This document shows positions 11,474 through 23,400 of a DNA stretch of 64,000 nucleotides, one piece after another. The stretch is from NCBI RefSeq assembly GCF_964355755.1, contig NC_092670.1:22430795-22494794 (forward strand), read 5' to 3'. A program made the translations under genes and the position numbers. The notes under the pieces were generated by a model that searched no databases, was not told where the DNA came from, and was given only the letters and a program-made list of their open reading frames with translations. The stretch comes from Antedon mediterranea. Lineage: Eukaryota; Animalia; Echinodermata. Numbering within the stretch: the stretch's first letter is position 1; each line of letters opens with the position of its first letter.

Positions 11474-14400
11474 TGTGTTCCAACCGTACCACGCCGAGAA
11501 TGTTAAAGGGTCGTTATCCGGTCGAGTTAAAGAACAATACCATGAAAGCCCCAGTGGTCTAATGGTTAGGGCAACTGCATATCAAGCCGACGGTCCGAGT
11601 TCGAGCCTCGGTTGGGGCGACTTTTTCTCATTCTCTCAGATTTCCTCATCTTTATCGTTTCAAAAATTAATTAAATCATTTTCAGTGTATCACCGGGCGG
11701 TTTGGAATTTATTTCTATGCCTGTTGTGTTTACAACTGAGGACTAGTGCTGTTCCGCCGTACCACGCCGAGAATGTTAAAGAGTCGCTATCCAATCGAGT
11801 TCGAACCGTGAAAGCCCCAGTGGTCTAACGGTTAGGACATCTGCATATCAAGCAGGCGGTCCGAGTTCGAGTCTCGGTTGGGGCGACTTTAACTCATTCT
11901 CACAGATTTCCTCATCTTTATCGTTTCAAATTAATTAATTAAATTTCAGTATATTACCGGGCGGTTTAGAATTAATGTTCTATGCTACATAGTCACGTGG
12001 TTAGAACAATAGTTTCATATATCTACTATGTAGATTGGATGAAGGAAAAGCAAATTCATGAATACATTACAAATAAATGTATGAATTGTGAATTACAAAA
12101 ATATTAAATGTTGTTGTCTTGTCAGAATGAGTTGTAAATATGAACGAGTTTTGTAAACATAAATTATATATCATTGATCATTACTTATATTAACAGGATA
12201 AAATAATAATAGTGTAATAATAATGAACAATAGTTACAGAAAAATATTTATTTATTTATTTATTTATTGCTATTAAAACTTGTTTCAGTAAGTGTGTTTG
12301 TATTTATTTTACTTTGTTATTGATCATCATTGGTCTGGCTACCAATACATTGGAAGCACGCAAGCCTCGCTACCACGTCAAGGTTGATGATCATAGCGAG
12401 GGTAGGTTGCACGTTTGTATGTGCCCCTTTGACCAAAGAAAACATATTATAGAAGAAAATTGCATAACATTATGAAACAGAATCATATGAGTTGTAAATA
12501 TGAAAAAGTTTTTTAAACATAAAAATACAATAAAAATAAACACTAGTTACAATCTAATTCACGTACTTTTACCTTACCGGACCTTTAGTCGCGTTATTCT
12601 TTTATACAATCTGCTTTTTAATTAATTTTTTAATCCTTGTAGCGATCAAAGCAGGGCGCATGACACATCATTGCATGTTTACACTGGACACACTGTATTT
12701 GATCTGTTGTTACCTGCCATTAGACCCCTTGAGCCTTTGACGTACTTATGCTCAGATATTCGTCTTCCGTTGATTCAATGAAAGATGGTGACGCTTTAAT
12801 TAGCCGCTGTGGTGAATCTATGTTCTTCTTTCTGGTCCGACAAATGCAATTGGTATTTCTTCGTCGATGAGTTTCAGACAAAGCCGACAATCTCCTCTTG
12901 ACGGAAGCACCTGTAAAAAATCAAAGCATTAACGAAACTTACCTCTATAAGGTAAACAAATACCCTTTTCACCATTTAATGCTTCTGTGTATGTTGAGAT
13001 TACCGGTCATAGGTAGGCCTACAGTTAAAGAGTGACGTTGTATGAATCAACATATAATTGTCCAGGTACTTCATTGTTGCTCTGATGAATCCTTTCCGGG
13101 AAATGTTCCATGTCACAAAGATTCAATTTTTTCAAATAGGTTTTTGTTCATGGACATATAGTTTAGTATGTAATCCCGTACAACTACATGGTAGTTCTGG
13201 ACACCAAAGAGAATATAACTCAAAGCCCTAAAAAGACAGTTGCCGTCCCCTCTCATATTAACAACTTTAGTAGGCCTGGCTGCCTTGTCCATTTCACATT
13301 TTAAGTGAGTTTTGTGAAAATTTTTGACATTGATACCAAATGGTGCTGCCTTTTCAAGCTGCCAATTGGCATCGACAGGAAAGAATAACTTTCTTGAAGT
13401 TTTCGTGTTGAGGTATACCACATCACTATCAGATACAGGCCTACTGTTGTCATGGTCATCATCCGGTGCGACATTATCATTGTCTAATGTAGGTATGTTA
13501 TCGTGATTATCCAGTGTGATATCATCGTTCTTGGATGTAGGTATGTTAATGTGATCATCCGGTGTGATATCATAATTCTTGGATGTAGGTCTGTTATCGT
13601 TATCATCAACATTCTTGGATGTAGGTATGTTAATAATGTGATCATCCGGTGTGATATCACCATTCTTGGATGTAGGTATGTTATCATGGTGCGTTACTTC
13701 AGGTGGGATGTCTGGCGTTCGCTTTCGTTTCTTTGGAGGGAGATGCTTATCATTGGTATTACATTTCTGTTTAGTGCTTGATGATGGACAGTTCAAAGAG
13801 GTTGTTTTATCGGACTTGTAATGTCTGATCTTGTTTCCGTTAACAATAGCCCTTCTTCCTTTTAGTCGATATGTATTGTGAGTGAGGACTTTTTCTATAA
13901 TATATGGACCAGTCCATCGAGCATTAAGTTTGCCTCCCTTTCTTGACAAATTTCTGGAATTCTGCAAGAGCACTTGATCTCCTGCATAGTACGTGTTGCT
14001 TTTAACACCAGCATCATGATAATGTTTTTGCTTTTTCTGTGCTTTTTTGATATTTTCTGATGCCTTTCTCCTTGAATCTTTGAGTTTCAAAAAAGCGTCC
14101 ACTCTTATTTTTAAAGGAACAGTTCCGGATATGTCATCTTTATTAGACGAAACGATGGGAATACGTAATTCTACAGGCAACACAGCCTTTCTACCGTAAA
14201 CTAATGAGAATGGGTCACATTTCGTAGACTTGTGCTCGGATGTTCTGTAGGCAAACAACACGTATGGGAGTTGTATATCCCAGTCATTTTGGTCTGCGTT
14301 GGTCAACGTCATAAGCATTGTGCAAAGTGTTCTGTTAAAGCGCTCCGTTTGCCCGCCTGTTTGAGGATGGTATGGTGAGGCAACTCTGTGGTCTACCCCA

Positions 14401-17400
14401 ATCAGCTTACAGAAGCTGTCATTCAGCTCATTACAAAACTCTCTACCCTGGTCTGTAATCAATATAGAAGGTGTTCCATGTCTGCAGACAAAATCAATAA
14501 AAGATCTCAGCACTGTTTTAGCAGATTTATCTGGAATTGCATCAGCTTCCACCCATTTGGTAAGGTACTCCGTAAATACAAGTAAGTACCGATTACCTGA
14601 AACACAGCAAATAATAATATAATAAGCCGTAATAATAGTAGTGTCAAAATGTCATGATGAGATGTACAACACCCGAACTGTACGAATGAAATAACAATAA
14701 TAATAACAATATTAATATCAATAAATATAATAAGAACAAGAACAATAATAATATCGTGGATTTACATAGCGCCTAATGTTGTAAAACCTCTATGCGCTGA
14801 ACAGTATTACCCCAGTCATGGTTTGGATCAAATTAAAACAGGCAGAAATAAAGATTATTACAGTATAGCCATAATCGATGTAAATCCGGTGACAATAATA
14901 AGAGCATCTGATTCTTGGTAAATCTAGTTTTTGTTGACAGTGTAAAAAAGAGAACTGTCATAATTTTAGTTTAGTTAACAATTTCAAGAAACCTCACAGA
15001 AATTGCGCTTGTGCCTTTACAATAATAAATTTAAGTTCAGCCCTATTACAATAAAGGCCGAACAGAACTAATTATTAACTGTAATTTTAGGCCCTGAAGA
15101 ATGAATTACAAAGTTTTCTGAACGTATTTCATTCATGTCTTCTTGCTTTTTACTTTTACGTTTTGATTTAGCTTTTTTATCCAGTCACAGCATTTTTGTT
15201 TTTCAGTAATTTGTCATGAGATACCTTACCATTTTCTGTCTTTACCAAAGGCCCAACAATATCCATACCGATCTGTCTGAAAGCAGTATCTGTTACGGGT
15301 ATAGGTTGAAGTGGCACTTTTGCTTTTTTTAAAACTTCTTTCCGTTGGCACTGATCACAGGCGGCTATAAAATTACGAACACCATCAAATGACCCCTTCC
15401 AATAATACCTTTCGCGTATCTTTTTCCAACTGTTAAAAAAAAAAAAAAATGTGTTTATTGTATTGATGATATTCAATCTCTTTGTAGGTTTACTATTGAC
15501 CTTAAAACTGTATTATGGATTCTTTAAATATTTTAATTTTATTTTGTTTTTTAATATTATTTATTATTTATTACCGCAGTTCACATCACCATTCTCATCA
15601 ATGCATTATAATAACATTACAGTTTGGCGTTCCATATATTTTAACTTTTCGTTTAAGGCAAGCACTGGGCACAACTGATTAATTAACTTTTAATATTTAT
15701 CTATGTTTCTAGTTTTTTTATTTGACAATGATAAATGAATATTGAAAAGAGAAAAGATACCTTCTATGAAAAATGTCCATCAGTCCGTGATGATTCCGTG
15801 TCACATTGTACCAGGGAGATTTACATCTCCCTGATTGTACCGTGTTTACATTCTAAATACCCCCATATAAACTTCAAATTGAGTGCAGCCTCCCATACAA
15901 AATAACTACGCCCTCAATCTGGTAATAATTCACTCAGGCAATAAAAAACTAACTTGAAAAGTATAAATAATTAATTGTCCTACTAGAATTATTGTGTACG
16001 CTTGGTGAATGTGCGACAGAGTAGATATAAAAATCGCCACTTTTTTTTAAAAATAAACAAGGGGAAATATATACGTTTTAACACTACATACTGGTTAAAT
16101 TTATTTATTTTTAAAATGTAGAGGACACCCTATTAAGGAAACCGGGTACTTTTTAGTGAGCCACAATGGTAGATTGCGAGAGGTAGTGGTCCTTTAAAAT
16201 AGGTGGTCACTTACGAAAGATGTGGTCGATAAGGGAGGTGGTCGCTTACGATATGTGATCGATTATGAGAAGCGGTCTCCTAACAGAGAGGTCGTTTATT
16301 AGAAGTGGTCACTTAAGAGAGGTGATTTATACAAGAGTTGGTATATTATGAGAAGCGGTCCATTTAGAGATATGGTGGTCTTCTAAAAGAGATCATCACT
16401 TACGAGAGGCGGTCGAAAATATAAAGCGGTCGCTTACGAGAGTTGTGGTTGTTAAGAGAGGTGGTCGCTTACTACGAGAGGTGGTCGATTATGAGAAGCG
16501 GTCCATAATGAGAGGATGTGATCACTTACAATAGTTGGTCGATTATGGGAAGCGATCCCTTAACAGAGACGATGGCCGTTTAATAGAGGTGGTCACCCAA
16601 AAAAGTTGTCGTTACGAGAGAGGAAGTCGATTATGAGAAACGGTCCCTTAAAAGAGTTGGTTGCTTACGATGTGTGGTCGTTTTAGAAAGTTGGTCGGTT
16701 ACGAGACGTGGATAGATGGATAGCTAAGTAAACAGATGCATTTGCACATGATTTAGACATTTAGGTTTGTAAAATATATATTTTCTACATTAGCTGGCGA
16801 TAGTCCTACATTAGCTGGGATGCAATTTTCGTTCCTACATTCGTTGTTGATCGTTCTACATGGTGTTAATTTTTTTCATTACATAAGCTGCAGGTGGTTT
16901 TACTCCATTACCGGGGGATTGGAAACTAGTTTTGTTATTGAAAATGCGTTTTTTTTAAAGAAGTATTCCCTAAAAAAAAATGTAATAATCCACTTTAAAG
17001 TTACATAATAAAAGTCTTCTTCCTTACATTTTTTTTGTCAAATTGTGTTTTCTTTCATAAGTATACATTTTAAACGAACGAAAGTTAATACTGATATGGC
17101 TTTTTGCATTATGAATGAGCAACTAATATTGAACATATTTATTATACCAAGACCTGAATAAGTTTTCATTCGGGAAGTATTTGTATCACTATTTAAAACT
17201 AAGATATCTCTCATGAGGGATATCTCTATATTACTTACTTACCAAGATATTTAGAATGGAAGATTCTTGTCCCATTCGGAATATCACAAGTGGATTTTTT
17301 TCTGTGTTAGTTATGCAGTGGGCACGTGTAGAGTACCGTATATGAACTGTTATAAAACTAAAACATTACTATTATAGATAGAGCTAGTTGTACTGTATTC

Positions 17401-20400
17401 TTCTTGGTTTTTCGAGGTGTAATAAGCCTACAAAAAAATATCTATTAACATAGATATTTCTTTTAAAAAGTAAGACATCTTAGTTTTCAATTGAAATAAT
17501 CTATCTTTATTAAAAGAGATATCTTAATTTTGAACTAAAGATATATGCGTTGTGTAGCACTGTGTAAATTATATAATAATAATCTGTCAAATTATTGAAA
17601 CAGTGCTCATATTCGGAACATTTTTGATTAATTATTGAATGCCAATATATGTTTTGTATTTTTTACATGTGATATTTTATGTTCAACTTCAATATATTTA
17701 TACAATTAATTGCGATAATATATTGAGTAGAAATTATTATCGACTTAACATATTTTTCATTCATGGAGGTATAAAAATATGTTTGAATCTATATATAAAA
17801 TACTAACTTCATAATGTACACGGTCATTATACATTTTTCAATTGATAAGTATTAGTTATTATTCATTTAATTCATTCATTTAATCATTTGTTTCGAATTC
17901 TGTGGTCCACAGAAAGTAAAATTACGTATAAAATCATTTAAAAACAATGCTGTACTAATTACTAATACTCATCTCAGGATGGCATTCCACCTGGCCAAAC
18001 ATATAAACAGTTTTAAAGTCACCCAGAAACTTATCGAAGCTTAAATATTATTTAATTGACAAACTTTAAACTTACGTTTTGTTGACACCCAAGTGACCAC
18101 CATGTGCCTGCTTATGGATACTGTTTAACACTTCGTTTTTTTCTTTCGGTAACAATACACGCAACAATCTACCAGAATGTTGTTTGTAATACAAGATATC
18201 ACGAAGAATTGTAAAGTTCTTGGCTTTCCGTCGCAAACTTCGTTTTAATATTTCAGAATAATTTACAGGATAAACGTTGTTTTGTAGATAGTTTCTCAAG
18301 GCATCAAACTCATGATCGGCCATAATGATAATAAGTAAAAATAGAAAGAAGGCAGATTGTAACGAACAACACCGTGATTGGAACTTTGCAAGCAAAGTGA
18401 ATGATTTTTTAAATGTAGGAGGTTTTGAACAAACATTGAGCCAATCAGCTTCTTGCTACATTTGTTTTAACCAATTGCCGATTAGAAGAAAGAGCAAACA
18501 GTTTTGTCAGGTGTAGGCCTATAATTTAAACTTTGTGCCTTAAGTGGATGTCACGAACTCCTTTTACGTATGTTTCCGAGCGGTTGAAAATACTTTAGAA
18601 ACTCCCTTGTGACATAAAAGTATACACACCAAATTCACAAAGTTGTAAAATAACTCAAAAACAAATCTTTAATTTCAATCAACTTCAACTTTCAACAACC
18701 CAGTAAGCATTTTAAACAACAGCTTCACAATAACTTTTACAATCTAATATCCAACCTCTAATATCCAACAACATGACAATAGTTTTACATCCCTTTATAT
18801 ACAAGATGTTCCTATCCTTCTATATCATTCTTTATACTTCTTATTCTATTTGATTACAGTTTCTATTAATAGCATACTGGAATGTTCCTGATTGTTATTA
18901 TATTAATTATACATGATGTCTTAAATGTAAACATCTTATTCTAGAATGTTCATGGTTAGGGAATGGTAATTTATTACAGTGGCAAGTACACAAAAAAATG
19001 AGAGAAAAAAACTATTGGAGGGAAATGCCATTTATTAAATTAAATTTCGAAGATACTCTTATTGGTAAACGCTTCAGTCGTTCTATTACACAATAAATAG
19101 CACATTCAGATAGGAGTATAAAATATAATCATATAGTTATTCTTTATTACATATTATACGTTCATCTCAAATTATATTATAATATTAATTGAAATTGTAT
19201 TTAAATTTGTATCCGTTTTTGTCGACAGGACCACAATGCAAAACAAGTATATTTCTACTTGATTGTGTATAATCCTGTATAAATATGTTGTTAAATAAAT
19301 AAAATAATATTAAATAGTAATCTACGTAAAATAATATTATAGTACATAAGTTCGTATTAAAACCGTTCAGGCTATGAGGCAACCCCCGCTCCCTGTATAT
19401 TAAATAGAAACATTTTTTATAATACTTATACTAGAATCATATACTAATTTATTTAGTTATTTTTTAAAATAAGAGAATTAAATTACGTAACATACTGTGG
19501 TATATAATTCTTGTAATGAAATCATATTCATGGTAAGCGTAATCTTAATTTGAGATATGGCAAGTTCGCACCCCTTCTCCTGACAAATAACAGATGACAG
19601 TTAACACGACTACCGGTAATTAATATCTCCCGAGAGCCGCTGTTTTGAGGTTGACCTGACAATTGTGGCCTGAGTTATGGGACATTACCCTTGCTGGACA
19701 TCTGGTAAAAATAAATACTGATTATGCTGCCACTTTAGTACACAAAACAATAAATAAAAAAAAATAAAAAAACACAACTTGTGGCATTTCCTTTACACTA
19801 GTCCCTGTTCAAAACCGCTAGTGTAGAAAACGGCAGCAAATGTCGTCGAAACTGTCAAATCCACCCATGTAGTAAAACCTAGAACTAGCTAATGTAGAAA
19901 CACCAACAGTTATTTATTAAATAAAAATCAACATTAGCTAATATACAACTTAACAGGTAATGAAGTAACGAAAATTGCCTCACAGCTGATGTAGTTAATA
20001 TCGCCAGCTAATAAAATAATAATTATATATTTTACAAACCTAAATGTCTAAATCATGTGCAAATGTATTTCTCTACTTAGTTTAGCTGTCAGTCTATCCA
20101 CCTCTCGTAAGTGATCGGCTTTCAAAACGTAACACTCTGATCGTAAGCAACTACCCTTGTTAGCGACCACCTTTAATATTTAAAAGGAACTACCTCTGTT
20201 AAAGGACCGCTTCTCACAATGGACAACTTCCTGAAGGGGTAACCTCCTCTCATAAGGGACTGCTTTTCATAAACTACCACCGCTCGTAGACGACCACTTC
20301 TTTTACCGACTACACCTCCCGTAAGTGACCACCTCAATAGAGGTGGTAATTTGCGAAAGGTGGTCGTTACGGATGGTAGTCGATTATGAGAAGTGGTCCC

Positions 20401-23400
20401 AGTGGAGAGGTGGACGTTTTTTTTTTATAGAGAGGTCGACACTTTAGGCGTGGTCGTTAAGAGAGGTAGTCCGTCATGAGGTTGATTATGAGAAGCCGAG
20501 GTGGTGGTCCTTTAAAATAGCTCGTCCTTGACGAGTGGTGTGGTCGTTAAGAGATGGTGGGCGATTATCAGAGACGGTGGTCGTTCAATAGAGGTGGTTA
20601 CTTACTAGAAGTGGTTGTTGGTTGGTCACTTACGAGACGTGGATAGATGGATAGCTACCGGTAAGTAAAGAAATGCATTTTCACATGATGTAGACAGGTT
20701 TTTAAATTATACAATATTTTCAACATTAGCTGTGAGGCAATTTTCGTTACTACATTATCTGCTGACCGTTCTAAATTAGCTGGTGTTGATTTTAAAAATT
20801 GATACATAAGCTGTTGGTATTTCTGGTATTAGCTGGTGGTTTCTATGTTTATATGTCCATATAAAACAAAAATACAACCGCGATTTTTTAAACTCAGCTG
20901 CATGTACAGACATTGTGGCAAAGACGTTTTAAACGCTTCATTTCAATATAAGCCATTATTCTATGAATTTGATGTATAACGGTATTGGACTGTTTGTATT
21001 GGGAACGAAATACCCTAATATTCGAAAAAAACAAAAAACCGAAATACCCTTGAGTGAACGAATAATTATGATGCGCAATTAAGGTGTTTATTTTGCCATA
21101 TAAAATATAAAAAACAAATATTTTTTGGTAATATGCATCAACAATATTTTTCAAATGTATTTTAGATAAATAAATAAATAATGTAAAGTCTATAGAAACA
21201 AAGCAAATATTGTGACTAACCAATTCAATGTTTTATTAAATAAAAACAAAAATCAGGCATCTGTGAAAAAAATATAATGAAAAAGAACTGACTTTAACAA
21301 TGACGAACTTACTTGTTTAAAGAACTTTTGTTATCAGTTGATATTATTAAATTAGTAGCAGTATTATGAATATTACAAAATAATATTTTGAGAACTGAAA
21401 AATATTTTGAGGGAACGAATATATTTAGGGAGAACAAAATAAGATTTCAAGAACTGAATAATATAAAAAACGAATTACTACTTCGAGACAAGGAATGATG
21501 ATGATGATGATGATGATGATCGAGAGAACGAAATAATTTCGAGGGAAATTATTTCGTTCTCTCGCGAAGTAGTAATTCGAATTTCGAATGAAATAATATT
21601 TCGAGATAACGAAATAGGTAGGCCCTATGCCTATATGATTTAGTGATATTCATTCCCTCGAAATAATAATACAGTAGGCTATATATTTTTCAAGTTGTCG
21701 ATTTACTTCAAATTGACAACAGGTTGTATATACTCAATCAAAAACAAACAATTTAATTTGATTAGACTATATGTCTCCAGATATAATAATAGTAATATTT
21801 ATTTCAATCCACTTGATATTTTGCGATTCAAGTTGGTATTCTAAGGAATTATAATTACCCTAACGGGAGTTGGTGAACGTCCAGTGCCCTAGTTTTTACG
21901 GGGTTAATATGATGTCGATGTCTCGATGGTCCTACTTTTTTATCGATGAAAGCTGCCCGGGTGGTTGCGGCCATTTTCAACAGCTAGTATTACAATATTC
22001 AATGCTGAAAATTGTCCAGTGGACACTTTCAAACACCGGACAGATTTAAATCTTACACCGGCCTACTACTAGGCCTAGGCCTAGCTAGGCTAGGCCAGGC
22101 CTATATAGCTTTTTTACATCTAGGCCCTAGGCCTAGACGCGCCTAGCCTAACCTAGCCTACTACTAGGCCTAGGCTAGTTAGTACTAGGCTAGGCTAGGC
22201 CTACCCTTTCCTCACGGAAGCCGATCACTCCGGCCGCCGTATCAGTTTAGCGCGATGTTATGCACTCCGGCCGCTATTCAATTCGACTTCCTGTGCAAAA
22301 AGGGGCCGTTAGTATGGAGCGCCCATATCTACGTTTTCTATACTGTTCAGTTCAGTGTTATAACAAATTCTTGGTGACCAAAAGAATTAAAAGAAAAAAG
22401 AATTTAAATGGAACTAGGCTAGTTGAATATTTATTAGCAACAATTTTACTTTTTTCATTAACATTCAAAGAAGTTGGAACTGTTTTTTCTTTCAAACTAA
22501 ACTTAACTTTTTCGGCGCGGCCGGAGTGATCTGTATTCTTCCTCACCACTGTACTCACTTTTTACATCTGGCACACACGCTGTCAGTTTCACAGAGTCGA
22601 GATTGTACCAGTCACACAGTACAGTAGTAGTCTTTTCAATCAGTGATGATTGGTCTACAGAGTAATGGGTTTCTTAATTTATACAACAATACAAACAAAT
22701 GAATATAGGGCTAGGCCTAAGTTTCCTCAACGAAAACAAACGTAATTTATATTTTCAATTTGAATACTGTAATGAATGATTTTTAAATTTTCATTTAGAA
22801 TAATTTGTAATTATTTAATTATGTATGTTTATAATTTTGTGAATGGAAATAAAGTAAGAAAGAAAGATAAAAGTGAAATTAAAAACTACACATCATTTCG
22901 TATGTTGCTGTCATGAATAATGTAATTATATTTCTTTTCTTGTTGTTTTTTACTCTCTCTAGGTAAAGTTTTTGCTGGTTTGAAAGTGCATCCAGATAGA
23001 CAACATATCATCTACCCTCTAGGAAATGTAGTCATCATCGAAGACATTCAAACAAAAAAACAGAGATATCTAAATGGCCACACCAATGATGTGTCCTGCT
23101 TGGCTATTTCAAAGAGTGGCAAATATATTGCATCTGGACAAGTAACCCATATGGGATTTAAAGTATGTTTGCTGTCATCACTGTCATGGATTTTGTGGTA
23201 TTTAAATAGGCCTAGGCCTATACTGGTTTTTCATGAATATATTAGAATTATCAAATTTTTCTCTTACAAAGTTTTTTTTCTTACAGGCTGATCTGATCAT
23301 CTGGAATTATGAAACAAATGACATCTACTGTCGTCTTTCTTTGCATAAAGTCAAAGTTCAATCGCTGGCATTCTCTCCAAATGACCTGTACTTATTGTCC

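Larger units (their letters stand above)
7691..22063. mobile_element. 14.4-kb composite element bounded by imperfect ~70-bp terminal inverted repeats, in CFAP52 intron 1
   Basis: Left end GGCCGGTGTAAGATTGAAATGTGTCC...AAAGTGTCCGGGTGGACACTTTTCAGCATTG; reverse complement of right end GGCCGGTGTAAGATTTAAATCTGTCC...AAAGTGTCCACTGGACAATTTTCAGCATTG; first 15 bp identical; no clean TSD. Confidence 0.75.

Noticed and set aside
11475-11828. 117-aa ORF over the tRNA-like repeats
   Set aside because: GTG start, no recognisable motif, and it simply translates the tandem duplication.
13113-14552. Gypsy LTR retrotransposon or Polinton/Maverick integrase
   Set aside because: No gag, protease, RT or RNase H and no paired LTRs; no polB, ATPase or capsid. 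Spliceosomal introns, the N-terminal YP..YY motif and the OTU tail fit Ginger1.
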